This document shows positions 16,113 to 26,062 of a stretch of 32,000 nucleotides of DNA, one piece after another (within the stretch, counting starts at the first letter, position 1; each line of letters starts with the position of its first letter). The notes under the pieces are model-generated. The model saw only the letters and a list, made by a program, of their open reading frames with translations, was not told the DNA's origin and searched no databases. This DNA comes from Pseudidiomarina andamanensis (GTDB lineage Bacteria; Pseudomonadota; Gammaproteobacteria; Enterobacterales; Alteromonadaceae), in NCBI RefSeq assembly GCF_009734345.1, contig NZ_CP032551.1, forward strand, positions 480,001 through 512,000. The letters are read 5' to 3'. The translations under genes were made by a program, and so were the position numbers.

Positions 16113-16175
16113 CTTTGCAAGTACGCAACGGGCCTAATATCTGACGTAGCTAGGGGTTGAGGAGAGCGGGCTCGG

Positions 16176-16754
16176 ATGAGCGAACAAGAAACAGATAAAG
16201 CCCTGGTAGAACGAGTACAACAGGGCGACCAAAGAGCCTTTGATTTGTTGGTAAAAAAATATCAGCACAAAGTGATGAGTCTGATATCACGCTATGTCAA
16301 ACAACAGGCCGATGTGCCCGACGTAGCCCAAGAAACATTTGTGAAAGCCTATCGAGCCTTAGCTAATTTTCGTGGCGATAGCGCGTTTTATACTTGGTTG
16401 TATCGCATTGCGGTAAACACGGCTAAAAATTATTTGGTGGCACAAGGGCGCAAACCGCCAGCCAATGACGTTGATGCCGATGAAGCTGAGTTTTATGAGG
16501 GAAGCGGTGCGCTGAAAGACAGCGCTTCTCCAGAAAGTATGTTGTTAACCGATGAGATTCGTGACGTCGTAATGCGAACCATCGATGATTTACCGGAAGA
16601 TTTGCGTCGTGCTATAACACTGCGTGAAATTGAAGGTTTAGGTTATGAAGAGATAGCCATCGAAATGGATTGTCCTATTGGCACCGTGCGTTCACGAATA
16701 TTCCGAGCGCGTGAGGCGATAGATCAACAATTACGGCCGTTATTAGAGCGCTAA
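16176..16754 (+). CDS. rpoE: ECF RNA polymerase sigma factor sigma-E (sigma-24)
   Basis: 192 aa, near-collinear with E. coli RpoE (QRAFDLLVKKYQHKV, FYTWLYRIAVNTAKNYLVAQGR, GTVRSRIFRAREAI). A GAGGAG SD lies upstream. Confidence 0.95.
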   Translation: MSEQETDKALVERVQQGDQRAFDLLVKKYQHKVMSLISRYVKQQADVPDVAQETFVKAYRALANFRGDSAFYTWLYRIAVNTAKNYLVAQGRKPPANDVDADEAEFYEGSGALKDSASPESMLLTDEIRDVVMRTIDDLPEDLRRAITLREIEGLGYEEIAIEMDCPIGTVRSRIFRAREAIDQQLRPLLER

Positions 16755-16774
16755 ACTGAATTTGAGGAAGCTTT

Positions 16775-17407
16775 ATGTCTGATCGTTGCAAACAAAATGC
16801 CTCAGCACTACTTGATAATCACTTCAGTGATTCAGGTGCTGATGCTGAACGTCCATTTAATGCTGAAATTTCAGCGTTGTTGGACGATGAACAGGCACAG
16901 GCTGTATGGCAACGCTATGCGTTAGTCGGGCACCTGATGCGTGGTGATGCGCAAACGAATCATCAAATTGATATTAGTGCTCGCGTCGCGGCGCAACTAT
17001 CGCAAGAATCGGTGGTGGTACAGCCTTCGGTGCAGCAAGGTGGCGCCATGGCGCGTGCGGCGAGTCGTTGGCTTAAGCCTGCCGGTAGTATTGCTATTGC
17101 TGCGAGTGTTGCGTTAGTTGCTGTCGTTTCCGTTCAACAGCCAGTGATTGACGTTGAACAGGCAACACCAAGCGTCACTTCGCCAGCGCTCATTACGAAT
17201 CCTTTTGGTGGCCGTAACCCGGTTAGTTACAATACGGTGATTGAAACACAAGCACCATCAGAGGCAGAAATTGCTCAACAACGCCAGTTGTTGCAGTCGT
17301 ATATGTTAGATCATCAGCGTCAATTGCAGCTGTCATTGCAAGCAGACAAAGAACAGCAGCAACAAGAATCATCAACCGTTGAGAAGTTAAACGAACAGAA
17401 TGACTAA
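16775..17407 (+). CDS. rseA: anti-sigma-E factor RseA
   Basis: 210 aa, immediately after rpoE. The N-terminal anti-sigma domain reads SALLD...VWQRYALVGHLMRGD...IDISARVAAQL. A single central TM segment (GSIAIAASVALVAVVSV) is followed by a Q-rich periplasmic C-terminus. Confidence 0.8.
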   Translation: MSDRCKQNASALLDNHFSDSGADAERPFNAEISALLDDEQAQAVWQRYALVGHLMRGDAQTNHQIDISARVAAQLSQESVVVQPSVQQGGAMARAASRWLKPAGSIAIAASVALVAVVSVQQPVIDVEQATPSVTSPALITNPFGGRNPVSYNTVIETQAPSEAEIAQQRQLLQSYMLDHQRQLQLSLQADKEQQQQESSTVEKLNEQND

Positions 17408-18392
17408 ATATGTCGTTGCGATTGCACTTTGGTTGGTTGCAATCGCCCCCCTCGGTGCCAATGCACAGCAAGAAGTGACTGCAGAACGCGCCGCCAATAT
17501 GGGCCAAATATGGTTTGACCGCATGGCCCGTTCTTTGCGTGACCTTAATTTTGAAGCGACCTTGGTTCAAAGCCAAGGGCAGCGGATACAACCATTAGTT
17601 TGGTTTCATGGCAATTATGATCACACCACCGACCTTGAGTTATTAATTTATCTTAACGGTGCTGACATGCGTGCGTTACGCGTGGGTGATCAAACATATT
17701 ATTATTCTCAAGCAGGCGGTTCCTACACGCTTCAATCTGATGTTACGGTTGGATTAATTCCCCCTGCGTTCTACAAGCCATTTTCGAATATTAATCAGCA
17801 TTATCAAGTGATTGCTAGCGGTGGTATGCGAGTCACGGGGCGTCCCGCCCAGTATTTGCGGCTAATTAGTCGCGATGACAATCGTTACCATTATGACCTG
17901 TGGCTGGATCGTGACTCGGGAATGCTGTTGAAGCTGCAAATGATGACCCCACAAGGTGAGGTTCTCGAACAGTTACAATTAACGTCGATTAGTTTTTCCG
18001 ACCAAATACCAGAGCAACTCACTGAAGTAAGCGCCATTCAACGTCCGCCGAAGCTTTATGATACTCAGCAACTGGCTGAACTGCGCTTCCCGCTGCGCCC
18101 GAATTGGTTACCCGGTGGCTTTGATTTGCGTCGTTCACATCATCGTCAGCTCTATGATACGCAATTGCCAACTGATTATTTTCTATTCAGCGATGGACTT
18201 ACTGAAGTATCAATTTATGTCAGTGATCAACGCGCTCAAAAATTACCGAGCTTGGCTTACCAAGGCCCTGAATCGCTGGTGAACACCTTTGTTGAAGGGT
18301 ACGCCGTAACTGTGGTTGGAAAACTACCTGCGGATACGTTACGTCGTATTGCCGAGAATATGGTGGTTTCAACTCAGGATATGCAGCAGTGA
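17400..18392 (+). CDS. rseB: sigma-E regulatory protein RseB (MucB family)
   Basis: 330 aa with a signal peptide and a MucB/RseB-like sequence (WFDRMARSLRDLNFEATLV...). It overlaps rseA by 8 nt (ATGACTAA) and sits at the canonical operon position. Confidence 0.85.
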   Translation: MTKYVVAIALWLVAIAPLGANAQQEVTAERAANMGQIWFDRMARSLRDLNFEATLVQSQGQRIQPLVWFHGNYDHTTDLELLIYLNGADMRALRVGDQTYYYSQAGGSYTLQSDVTVGLIPPAFYKPFSNINQHYQVIASGGMRVTGRPAQYLRLISRDDNRYHYDLWLDRDSGMLLKLQMMTPQGEVLEQLQLTSISFSDQIPEQLTEVSAIQRPPKLYDTQQLAELRFPLRPNWLPGGFDLRRSHHRQLYDTQLPTDYFLFSDGLTEVSIYVSDQRAQKLPSLAYQGPESLVNTFVEGYAVTVVGKLPADTLRRIAENMVVSTQDMQQ

Positions 18393-18823
18393 TTCGTGAA
18401 CTTGCCGAAGTTATTGCCGTAGAAAGCGATTTTTTATTGGTTTCGACCGAATTAAAAACCGGTTGTACTGGCTGTGCACAACAAAATACCTGTGGCGCCG
18501 GCGTCATCTCAAAGGCGTTTTCTGATCGTCGTGCTGAATTTCGTGTCCACAAGCCAGAAGGGCAGTTTAGTCCTGGTCAACAAATTGAGTTATTGCTCCC
18601 GGAACAAGCGCTTACACGCTACTCGCTAGCGGTTTACCTACTCCCGATTCTAGTCTTATTGCTGATCGCTATTGCGACAGGTCAGCTGTTGTTGTGGTCA
18701 GAAGGGTGGGTGATTCTTAGTGCGTTTAGTGGCTTTGCGTTCAGCTTCTACCTGTTACGACATTGGTTACAGCAACGTGATATTCAGGTTGCACAACTGT
18801 TGAGCGTGCAACAAATCGATTAA
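18389..18823 (+). CDS. rseC: RseC/SoxR-reducing-system family protein
   Basis: 144 aa. The N-terminal Cys motif is GCTGCAQQNTCG and two C-terminal TM helices follow. The GTG start overlaps the rseB TGA (GTGA). Confidence 0.85.
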   Translation: MIRELAEVIAVESDFLLVSTELKTGCTGCAQQNTCGAGVISKAFSDRRAEFRVHKPEGQFSPGQQIELLLPEQALTRYSLAVYLLPILVLLLIAIATGQLLLWSEGWVILSAFSGFAFSFYLLRHWLQQRDIQVAQLLSVQQID

Positions 18824-18839
18824 AAATACCCGAAATTCT

Positions 18840-18868
18840 TTGTCCCGAACCGCATAAATCAGTATGAT
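18840..18868 (+). promoter_or_regulatory. candidate sigma70 promoter for lepA-lepB-rnc-era...
   Basis: TTGTCC (18840-18845), a 17-nt spacer, then TATGAT (18863-18868), lying 47 nt upstream of the lepA ATG. Confidence 0.3.
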
Positions 18869-18914
18869 CAGCGGTTAGTATTTATTCCTTATTTTTGTTG
18901 TTGCGGGGGCATTA

Positions 18915-20726
18915 ATGCCAGAGAAGGCGTTTAAGCAAGCAAATATTCGCAATTTTTCAATTATTGCGCACATCGACCATGGTAAGTCGACTCTTTCTGA
19001 TCGTTTGATACAGCATTGTGGCGGTTTAACTGACCGTGAAATGGCTGAACAAGTACTTGATTCAATGGATCTTGAGCGCGAACGCGGTATTACCATTAAA
19101 GCGCAGAGCGTGACCTTGCATTACACCGCACAAGACGGCGAAACCTATCAACTGAACTTTATCGATACGCCAGGACACGTTGACTTCTCATACGAAGTTT
19201 CACGTAGTTTAGCAGGCTGTGAGGGTGCCTTGTTGGTGGTTGATGCAGCGCAAGGCGTTGAGGCTCAGACCTTGGCGAACTGCTATACAGCTATTGAAAT
19301 GGACCTCGAAGTAGTGCCGGTGTTAAACAAAATCGATTTGCCGCAGGCTGATCCAATGCGTGTGGCTGAAGAGATTGAAGACATTGTCGGTATTCAAGCG
19401 ATTGATGCGGTGCAGTGTTCTGCCAAAACGGGCATCGGAATTGATGAAGTTTTAGAACGTATTGTGAAACAAATTCCACCACCGCAAGGTGATCCAGAAG
19501 AACCATTACAAGCGTTAATCATCGATTCTTGGTTTGATAATTACCAAGGCGTGGTGAGTTTAGTACGTGTTAAAAATGGTGTGTTACGTGCTGGTGACAA
19601 AATGAAAGTGATGTCGACCGGGCAGACGCATCAGATTGATAAAGTTGGTTTCTTTTCACCAAAAGCAACAGAAACCGGCATTTTGCGTTGTGGTGAAGTA
19701 GGGTTTGTCATTGCCGGTATTAAAGAAATTCACGGTGCGCCAGTAGGGGATACCCTGACTTTGGCGAAACAACCAGCGCCGCAACCGCTACCGGGCTTTA
19801 AAAAAGTAAAACCGCAGGTTTATGCGGGCATGTTCCCAATTTCGTCAGACGATTATGAAAACTTCCGTGATGCGTTGTCGAAACTCTCATTGAATGATGC
19901 CTCTTTGTTCTATGAACCAGAAAATTCGGCAGCGCTCGGTTTTGGTTTCCGCGTGGGCTTTTTGGGTATGCTCCATATGGAGATTATCCAGGAGCGCCTA
20001 GAACGTGAATATGATATCGATTTGATTACCACCGCACCAACGGTGGTGTATAAAGTAATTACCAAAGACGGCAAAGAACATAAGGTGGATAACCCTGCCA
20101 ATTTGCCGGCAGTAAACGATATTGAAACCATTTACGAGCCGATTGTTGAAGCAAACATTCTCGTTCCACAAGAATATCTTGGTAACGTCATTACGCTATG
20201 TGTCGATAAGCGTGGTGTACAAACGAAAATGGCTTATCACGGCAATCAAGTTGCAGTGACCTACGAGCTACCAATGGCTGAAGTGGTCATGGATTTCTTT
20301 GACCGATTAAAGTCAACGAGTCGCGGTTATGCGTCGCTTGATTATAACTTTAAACGCTTCCAAGAAGCGGACATGGTTCGTGTTGACGTGTTAATTAACG
20401 GTGACAAGGTAGACGCCTTGGCGATGATTACTCACCGTAATAATTCACAAGGCCGTGGTCGCGAATTGGTTGATAAAATGCGAGAGTTAATTCCACGACA
20501 AATGTTCGATATCGCTATTCAAGCGACTATTGGTACGCAAGTTATTGCACGTGCTACGGTGAAGCAATTGCGTAAAAACGTGACCGCTAAGTGTTACGGT
20601 GGTGACGTGAGTCGTAAGAAAAAACTGTTACAAAAACAAAAAGAAGGTAAGAAGCGAATGAAGCAACTTGGTAACGTGGAAGTACCGCAAGAAGCGTTTC
20701 TTGCCGTACTCAAAGTTGGCAAGTAA
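18915..20726 (+). CDS. lepA: translation elongation factor 4 (LepA)
   Basis: 603 aa with GTPase motifs [20 protein letters not shown] and NKIDL. The conserved LepA C-terminal domain reads [26 protein letters not shown]. Confidence 0.95.
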   Translation: MPEKAFKQANIRNFSIIAHIDHGKSTLSDRLIQHCGGLTDREMAEQVLDSMDLERERGITIKAQSVTLHYTAQDGETYQLNFIDTPGHVDFSYEVSRSLAGCEGALLVVDAAQGVEAQTLANCYTAIEMDLEVVPVLNKIDLPQADPMRVAEEIEDIVGIQAIDAVQCSAKTGIGIDEVLERIVKQIPPPQGDPEEPLQALIIDSWFDNYQGVVSLVRVKNGVLRAGDKMKVMSTGQTHQIDKVGFFSPKATETGILRCGEVGFVIAGIKEIHGAPVGDTLTLAKQPAPQPLPGFKKVKPQVYAGMFPISSDDYENFRDALSKLSLNDASLFYEPENSAALGFGFRVGFLGMLHMEIIQERLEREYDIDLITTAPTVVYKVITKDGKEHKVDNPANLPAVNDIETIYEPIVEANILVPQEYLGNVITLCVDKRGVQTKMAYHGNQVAVTYELPMAEVVMDFFDRLKSTSRGYASLDYNFKRFQEADMVRVDVLINGDKVDALAMITHRNNSQGRGRELVDKMRELIPRQMFDIAIQATIGTQVIARATVKQLRKNVTAKCYGGDVSRKKKLLQKQKEGKKRMKQLGNVEVPQEAFLAVLKVGK

Positions 20727-20761
20727 TGCGATTCGCTCGGTGCGCTAGGAATCAAAATTAA

Positions 20762-21697
20762 ATGGCTAACTTTTATTCGATTGTGCTAACGCTGGTGACC
20801 ATCGTCGCGGGTTTAATTTGGCTGTATGATGCCAAAATGAAGAAGCCTGCGCGTTTGGCAGCTATCGCTAAAGTAGAAGAACAAACCAACAAAACTTTGG
20901 ATGATGAAGAACGTGAACGCGTTGCGCCGCAGGGACGTGTGGCGGAATTTGCACAAAGCGTTTTTCCAATTTTGTTTATCATTTTAATTGTTCGTTCATT
21001 TTTCTATGAGCCATTTCGAATTCCATCAGCATCGATGATGCCAACCATGTTGGCTGGCGATTTTGTGTTGGTGCAAAAGTATAGTTATGGTGTTCGTGAT
21101 CCATTATTTCGTACAGAAATTCTGGAAACTGGAAAACCAAACCGTGGCGATATTGCGGTGTTCAAATTTCCGGTAAACCCACAAGTTGATTTCATTAAAC
21201 GCATTGTGGCAACACCAGGCGATCGCATCATCTATCGTAACAAGACTTTGTATTTGGAGCCGGCATGCGTTGATAGCTCTGCAGAATGCCCGCAGTTGCA
21301 AGTGATTGAACGCAATGTGCAACAACAAGACGAAGTTTATTTTAGTCGCACGACACCACTGCAGCGTTATTCGGAGCAACTTGGTGACGTTGAGCATGAA
21401 ATACTTATCGATCCGACTGTGGCGCCGCGTACCGCTTATTACTTTCAACAAGCTGGCACTGCCGCTGATGAATGGATAGTGCCAGAAGGTCATTATTTTG
21501 CGATGGGCGATAATCGCGATAACTCTGAAGATAGTCGCTATTGGGGCTTTGTTCCGTATGAGAACTTAGTTGGCAAAGCCACGTTTATTTGGATGAGTTT
21601 GGAATTTGATCGCGGCCCAGAATCTTGGGTGCCAGAGTGGTTACCGAGTTGGGTTCCATCGGGGGTTCGCTGGCATCGTCTTGGTAGTGTGGAGTAA
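20762..21697 (+). CDS. lepB: signal peptidase I
   Basis: 311 aa with N-terminal TM segments. S26 catalytic motifs are present: IPSASMMPTM (Ser), DFIKRIVATPGD (Lys) and GDNRDNSEDSRYWGFVP. Confidence 0.93.
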   Translation: MANFYSIVLTLVTIVAGLIWLYDAKMKKPARLAAIAKVEEQTNKTLDDEERERVAPQGRVAEFAQSVFPILFIILIVRSFFYEPFRIPSASMMPTMLAGDFVLVQKYSYGVRDPLFRTEILETGKPNRGDIAVFKFPVNPQVDFIKRIVATPGDRIIYRNKTLYLEPACVDSSAECPQLQVIERNVQQQDEVYFSRTTPLQRYSEQLGDVEHEILIDPTVAPRTAYYFQQAGTAADEWIVPEGHYFAMGDNRDNSEDSRYWGFVPYENLVGKATFIWMSLEFDRGPESWVPEWLPSWVPSGVRWHRLGSVE

Positions 21698-21700
21698 GGC

Positions 21701-22396
21701 GTGAGTTTACCAAAACCACCACTGAAACAGCTTGAAAAATCATTTGGTTATACCTTCAAGAATCGTGATGCACTGACGCAGGCACTGACCCACCGTAGTG
21801 CTGCGGCGAAACACAATGAGCGCCTCGAGTTCCTTGGTGATTCAGTGTTAGGTATCATCATTAGTGAAGCGTTATTTGAACAATTCCCCAATATTGATGA
21901 AGGCGATTTAAGCCGTATGCGCGCCACGTTAGTGTGCGGGCGCAGCCTCGCAAAATTGGCGCAGCGTTTCGAATTAGGGAAATTCTTGGTGCTTGGCCCC
22001 GGTGAAATGAAAAGCGGCGGACATCGCCGTGAATCCATACTCGCTGATGCGGTAGAAGCATTACTGGGCGCCATGTATTTAGAAAGCGATTTAAACACGT
22101 GTCGTGAGGTTGTACTAAACTGGTATTCGAAACAGTTGGCAGGCATTAAGCCAGGCGCAAGCCATAAAGACCCGAAAACGCGTTTGCAAGAGTATTTGCA
22201 AGGGCGCCAGCGCGCACTCCCTATTTATGAAGTTGTCGCGACACAAGGGCAAGCACATAACCAACAATTTACCGTAAGTTGTCAAGTTGATGGGTTGGAA
22301 CAGCCTATTCGTGGAACCGGCACAAGTCGCCGTAAAGCTGAACAGCACGCTGCAACCGAAGCACTTGAGCAACTTATTCAGCAGGATAATTCATGA
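21701..22396 (+). CDS. rnc: ribonuclease III
   Basis: 231 aa with a GTG start 3 nt after the lepB stop. It carries the RNase III signature [14 protein letters not shown], the catalytic [14 protein letters not shown] and a C-terminal dsRBD ([11 protein letters not shown]...[14 protein letters not shown]). Confidence 0.93.
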   Translation: MSLPKPPLKQLEKSFGYTFKNRDALTQALTHRSAAAKHNERLEFLGDSVLGIIISEALFEQFPNIDEGDLSRMRATLVCGRSLAKLAQRFELGKFLVLGPGEMKSGGHRRESILADAVEALLGAMYLESDLNTCREVVLNWYSKQLAGIKPGASHKDPKTRLQEYLQGRQRALPIYEVVATQGQAHNQQFTVSCQVDGLEQPIRGTGTSRRKAEQHAATEALEQLIQQDNS

Positions 22397-23301
22397 CTGA
22401 ACCGCAATACAGCTCAGAATCAGCGTTTGTAGCCATAGTAGGGCGCCCAAATGTTGGCAAATCAACGCTACTTAATCGTATTCTTGGGCAAAAAATTAGT
22501 ATTACCTCAAGCAAGCCACAAACAACGCGCCACCGCATTTTAGGCATTGAAACCGAAGGCGAGCGCCAAATTGTTTATGTGGACACGCCAGGTCTTCACC
22601 AAGATGAAAAGCGCGCGATTAACCGTTTAATGAATCGAGCGGCGTCGAGCTCACTGAGTGGCGTTGAAGTTGTGCTATTTGTCGTAGAAGCGGGTAAGTG
22701 GGCCAGTGACGACGAAATGGTGCTGAATAAACTAAAAAAATCAGAGCGCCCGGTTATTTTGGTGATTAATAAAATTGACCAATTTAAAGACAAAACTGAG
22801 CTATTACCTTATTTGCAGCAGCTTGCCGAAAAGCATAGCTTCGCGGAAATTATCCCATTATCAGCAGCGACCGGCGCACAAGTCGAAGCCTTGCGAGAAA
22901 TCGTGCACAAGCATGCACGTCCTGGCGTACATCATTTTCCAGAGGATTATGTGACCGACCGCTCGCTACGCTTTATGGTGGCTGAAATTATTCGTGAGAA
23001 ACTGATGCGTTTTACCGGTGATGAGTTGCCGTACAGCACGACCGTTGAAATTGAGCAGTTCAAGACCGCACCATCAGGTACCACGCACATTCACGCACTC
23101 ATACTGGTTGAGCGCGATGGCCAAAAACGCATGGTAATTGGTGCAGGTGGTAGCAAGTTAAAGACCATTGGTACCGAAGCGCGCCGCGATATCGAGCCAC
23201 TGGTTGGTGGGAAAGTTCACTTGCAGTTATGGGTGAAAGTGAAATCGGGTTGGGCTGACGACGAGCGAGCTCTGCGTAGTTTGGGTTACGGCGAGGATTA
23301 A
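22393..23301 (+). CDS. era: GTPase Era
   Basis: 302 aa with G motifs [14 protein letters not shown] and NKID plus a C-terminal KH domain. The start overlaps the rnc stop (ATGA). Confidence 0.95.
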   Translation: MTEPQYSSESAFVAIVGRPNVGKSTLLNRILGQKISITSSKPQTTRHRILGIETEGERQIVYVDTPGLHQDEKRAINRLMNRAASSSLSGVEVVLFVVEAGKWASDDEMVLNKLKKSERPVILVINKIDQFKDKTELLPYLQQLAEKHSFAEIIPLSAATGAQVEALREIVHKHARPGVHHFPEDYVTDRSLRFMVAEIIREKLMRFTGDELPYSTTVEIEQFKTAPSGTTHIHALILVERDGQKRMVIGAGGSKLKTIGTEARRDIEPLVGGKVHLQLWVKVKSGWADDERALRSLGYGED

Positions 23302-23304
23302 GCG

Positions 23305-24006
23305 GTGGAACCGGCGTTTGTATTGCATCGCTGGCCCTATCAAGACAGCAGTTTACTGGTTGAATTGTTCTCTGCTGAGCATGGCCGTTTTCGCGCGATT
23401 GCGAAAGGTGCAAAACGGCCGAAAAGTGCTTGGCGTAGTATCTTGCAACCCTTCACCCCGTTGCAAATTAGTACTCGCGGTCGTCACGAATTACAGACAT
23501 TGGTCGCTGCCGAAGCAATCGATACCAGTTTGAACCTAAAAGGAACGGCGCTCTACAGTGGCTTCTATGTCAATGAGCTGGTGCAGCGCCTGACCACACC
23601 ATACCATGTGGTTGATGGCCTTTTTCAAGACTATCAAGAAACCTTGGAGTTACTCACTCAGGTGAGTCATGTTGAGCCAATTCTGCGGCGCTTTGAATGG
23701 CAATTACTTTGTCATTTAGGGCATGGTTTTGACTGGCACATGGATACCCACGAGCAACCCATAATCGCAACGCAAACGTATCAATTCATTCCTGAATCTG
23801 GATTTTCGCTGACAAACGCCAGCAATCAGGCCGATATTATTGTATTGAATGGCGCCGATATACTGCGGCTTGGCGATTTTGAAGTGGCCGATCAACGCCT
23901 GCTAAACTTATTTAAACGACTGATGCGTGTGGCACTGCAACCTTATTTGGGTAATCAGCCGCTGCGTAGCCGTCAACTCTTTGTTCAATTTAAGGATATG
24001 TCATGA
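23305..24006 (+). CDS. recO: DNA repair protein RecO
   Basis: 233 aa with a GTG start. [38 protein letters not shown]...LQPFTPL is collinear with the E. coli RecO N-terminus. It sits in the canonical rnc-era-recO-pdxJ order. Confidence 0.9.
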   Translation: MEPAFVLHRWPYQDSSLLVELFSAEHGRFRAIAKGAKRPKSAWRSILQPFTPLQISTRGRHELQTLVAAEAIDTSLNLKGTALYSGFYVNELVQRLTTPYHVVDGLFQDYQETLELLTQVSHVEPILRRFEWQLLCHLGHGFDWHMDTHEQPIIATQTYQFIPESGFSLTNASNQADIIVLNGADILRLGDFEVADQRLLNLFKRLMRVALQPYLGNQPLRSRQLFVQFKDMS

Positions 24007-24767
24007 ATTCAACCGTTGGAGTTCCACCGATTTACTTAGGTGTCAACATTGACCATGTCGCAACTGTTCGTAATGCCCGTGGCGTTAACTATCCTGACCC
24101 AGTCACAGCCGCAGCCATTGCGGAGCAGGCGGGGGCGGATGGTATTACTGTGCATTTACGTGAGGATAGACGGCATATTAAGGATCGCGATGTTGAGATT
24201 CTTGCGCGCACCCTACAAACCCGTATGAACTTAGAAATGGCAGTCACTGACGAAATGCTAGCAATTGCCTGTCGTACCAAGCCAACGTTTTGTTGTTTAG
24301 TGCCAGAGAAGCGCGAAGAATTAACCACCGAAGGGGGTCTCGATGTTGCTGGTCAACAAGCCAAGATCACCAGTGCGGTAGCACAACTTGCCGAACATGG
24401 TATTGCGACCAGCCTATTTATTGATGCCGACAAACGCCAAATTGACGCTGCCGTTGCGACAGGCGCTCCGATTATTGAACTGCACACAGGGCACTATGCT
24501 GAACAAACCAACGAGCAGGCGCAAATGCAAGCGTTAGCTCAGTTACGCGACGCTGCAGAATATGCGCAGGCGGCTGGTTTACAAGTCAACGCTGGGCATG
24601 GTCTGCACTATCACAATACGGCGCCGATTGCGGCCATTCCACAGTTGGTTGAGCTCAATATAGGCCATGCAATTATCGCACGCGCCGTGTTAGTTGGGCT
24701 TGAGCAAGCGGTGCGTGATATGAAGGCGATTATGCAACAGGCGCGGTTACATGGCTCAGTTTTATAA
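24003..24767 (+). CDS. pdxJ: pyridoxine 5'-phosphate synthase
   Basis: 254 aa. It has [16 protein letters not shown] (E. coli LGVNIDHIATLRNARG), HLREDRRHI and ELHTG. The start overlaps the recO stop (ATGA). Confidence 0.93.
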   Translation: MNSTVGVPPIYLGVNIDHVATVRNARGVNYPDPVTAAAIAEQAGADGITVHLREDRRHIKDRDVEILARTLQTRMNLEMAVTDEMLAIACRTKPTFCCLVPEKREELTTEGGLDVAGQQAKITSAVAQLAEHGIATSLFIDADKRQIDAAVATGAPIIELHTGHYAEQTNEQAQMQALAQLRDAAEYAQAAGLQVNAGHGLHYHNTAPIAAIPQLVELNIGHAIIARAVLVGLEQAVRDMKAIMQQARLHGSVL

Positions 24768-26058
24768 GCCGCAAGCCCGCACAGCAAAGCTGCAGCGATT
24801 AACCGATCAGCAGGTTGTTGGCCTTGATCATCAAGGACGAGGTGTGGTTCGTACTGCCAAGGGCGTCAAATTTGTGCCGGGTGCATTACCCGATGAGCGA
24901 GTAACGATTACGGTTCAAGGCAAGCATGATGCGCAATTGGAGCGAATTCAAACGGTTAGCGAGCAGCGTGTAACGCCACCTTGTGCTTTTTATGAGCAAT
25001 GCGGTGGTTGTGATTTACAGCATCTCGCGTTAGCTGCACAGCGGGCGCACAAGCAAAAAGTTGTGACCGAGATGCTTGCGAAATTTGCGCAAGTTGAAGC
25101 GCTGCAATGGTTAGAACCGTTGGCCGGCGATGCTTGGCACTATCGTCGGCGTGCTCGATTAGCGGTGCACTATGACGCGAAACGACAGCAATTTAAAATG
25201 GGATTTAGGGCGCCCAAGAGTAAACGAATTACCGTGATTGATGCTTGTTTGGTTCTCGCAGAGAGCTTAAATAAATTAATAGCGCCATTACAACACCTAT
25301 TGCCACAACTTGAGTTAGTCAAACAACTCGGTCATGTTGAACTCATTGAGTTTGAACATCAGGTTGTAGTGCTGTTACGCCTCAGAGAATGGCCAACGGC
25401 AAGTGATCAGAATCACCTCGAACAGTTTTCGAAAACCTACAACGTGGCTATATGGTGTGATTCTGAGCAGCAGTTGGCGCCACTATCAACGTCAGAACCT
25501 TTAAGTTATCACACAGTAGGATTGAGCATTCATTGTTCGCCTACGAATTTTATCCAGGCGCATCGGCAACTGAGCGAAATAATGGTAGAGCAAGCCCTAA
25601 CTTGGCTGGATATTCAGCCAAGTGATAAGGTACTTGAACTGTATGCTGGTAGCGGTAACTTCAGTTTGCCGATGGCATTAGCTGGAGCACAGGTTACCGC
25701 CATTGAAGGCGTTGCGTCGATGGTCGACCAACTCAAAGCAAATGCTCACCGAGCTCAAGTCAACCTTGCCGCGTTCTGCACCGATCTTGAACAATCGTGG
25801 TCGAGCCAGGCCTGGAGCAACGAGCAATATACAAAAGTGTTGTTGGATCCTGCTCGTGCGGGCGCTCCACATGCCATTCAAGAAGTCGCCACACGACAAC
25901 CGCAGCGAATTGTCTATGTTTCCTGTGCGCCAGATACCCTTGCACGTGATGCAAAGGTACTGAAGGAGAGCGGGTATCAGTTAAAACAAGCGCAAGTGGT
26001 TGACATGTTTCCGCAGACCCATCACATTGAGGTCATGACATTATTCGAACGGGAGTAA
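24751..26058 (+). CDS. rlmD: 23S rRNA (uracil1939-C5)-methyltransferase RlmD (RumA)
   Basis: 435 aa. The N-terminus is MAQFYKP (E. coli MAQFYSA). It has the TRAM domain, the 4Fe-4S Cys cluster [14 protein letters not shown], the SAM-binding [13 protein letters not shown] and the catalytic region [13 protein letters not shown]. Confidence 0.9.
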   Translation: MAQFYKPQARTAKLQRLTDQQVVGLDHQGRGVVRTAKGVKFVPGALPDERVTITVQGKHDAQLERIQTVSEQRVTPPCAFYEQCGGCDLQHLALAAQRAHKQKVVTEMLAKFAQVEALQWLEPLAGDAWHYRRRARLAVHYDAKRQQFKMGFRAPKSKRITVIDACLVLAESLNKLIAPLQHLLPQLELVKQLGHVELIEFEHQVVVLLRLREWPTASDQNHLEQFSKTYNVAIWCDSEQQLAPLSTSEPLSYHTVGLSIHCSPTNFIQAHRQLSEIMVEQALTWLDIQPSDKVLELYAGSGNFSLPMALAGAQVTAIEGVASMVDQLKANAHRAQVNLAAFCTDLEQSWSSQAWSNEQYTKVLLDPARAGAPHAIQEVATRQPQRIVYVSCAPDTLARDAKVLKESGYQLKQAQVVDMFPQTHHIEVMTLFERE

Positions 26059-26062
26059 CACG

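Noticed and set aside
21748-22146. A 132-aa ORF antisense to rnc.
   Set aside because: It is a shadow of a strongly supported RNase III gene, with no start context or motif.
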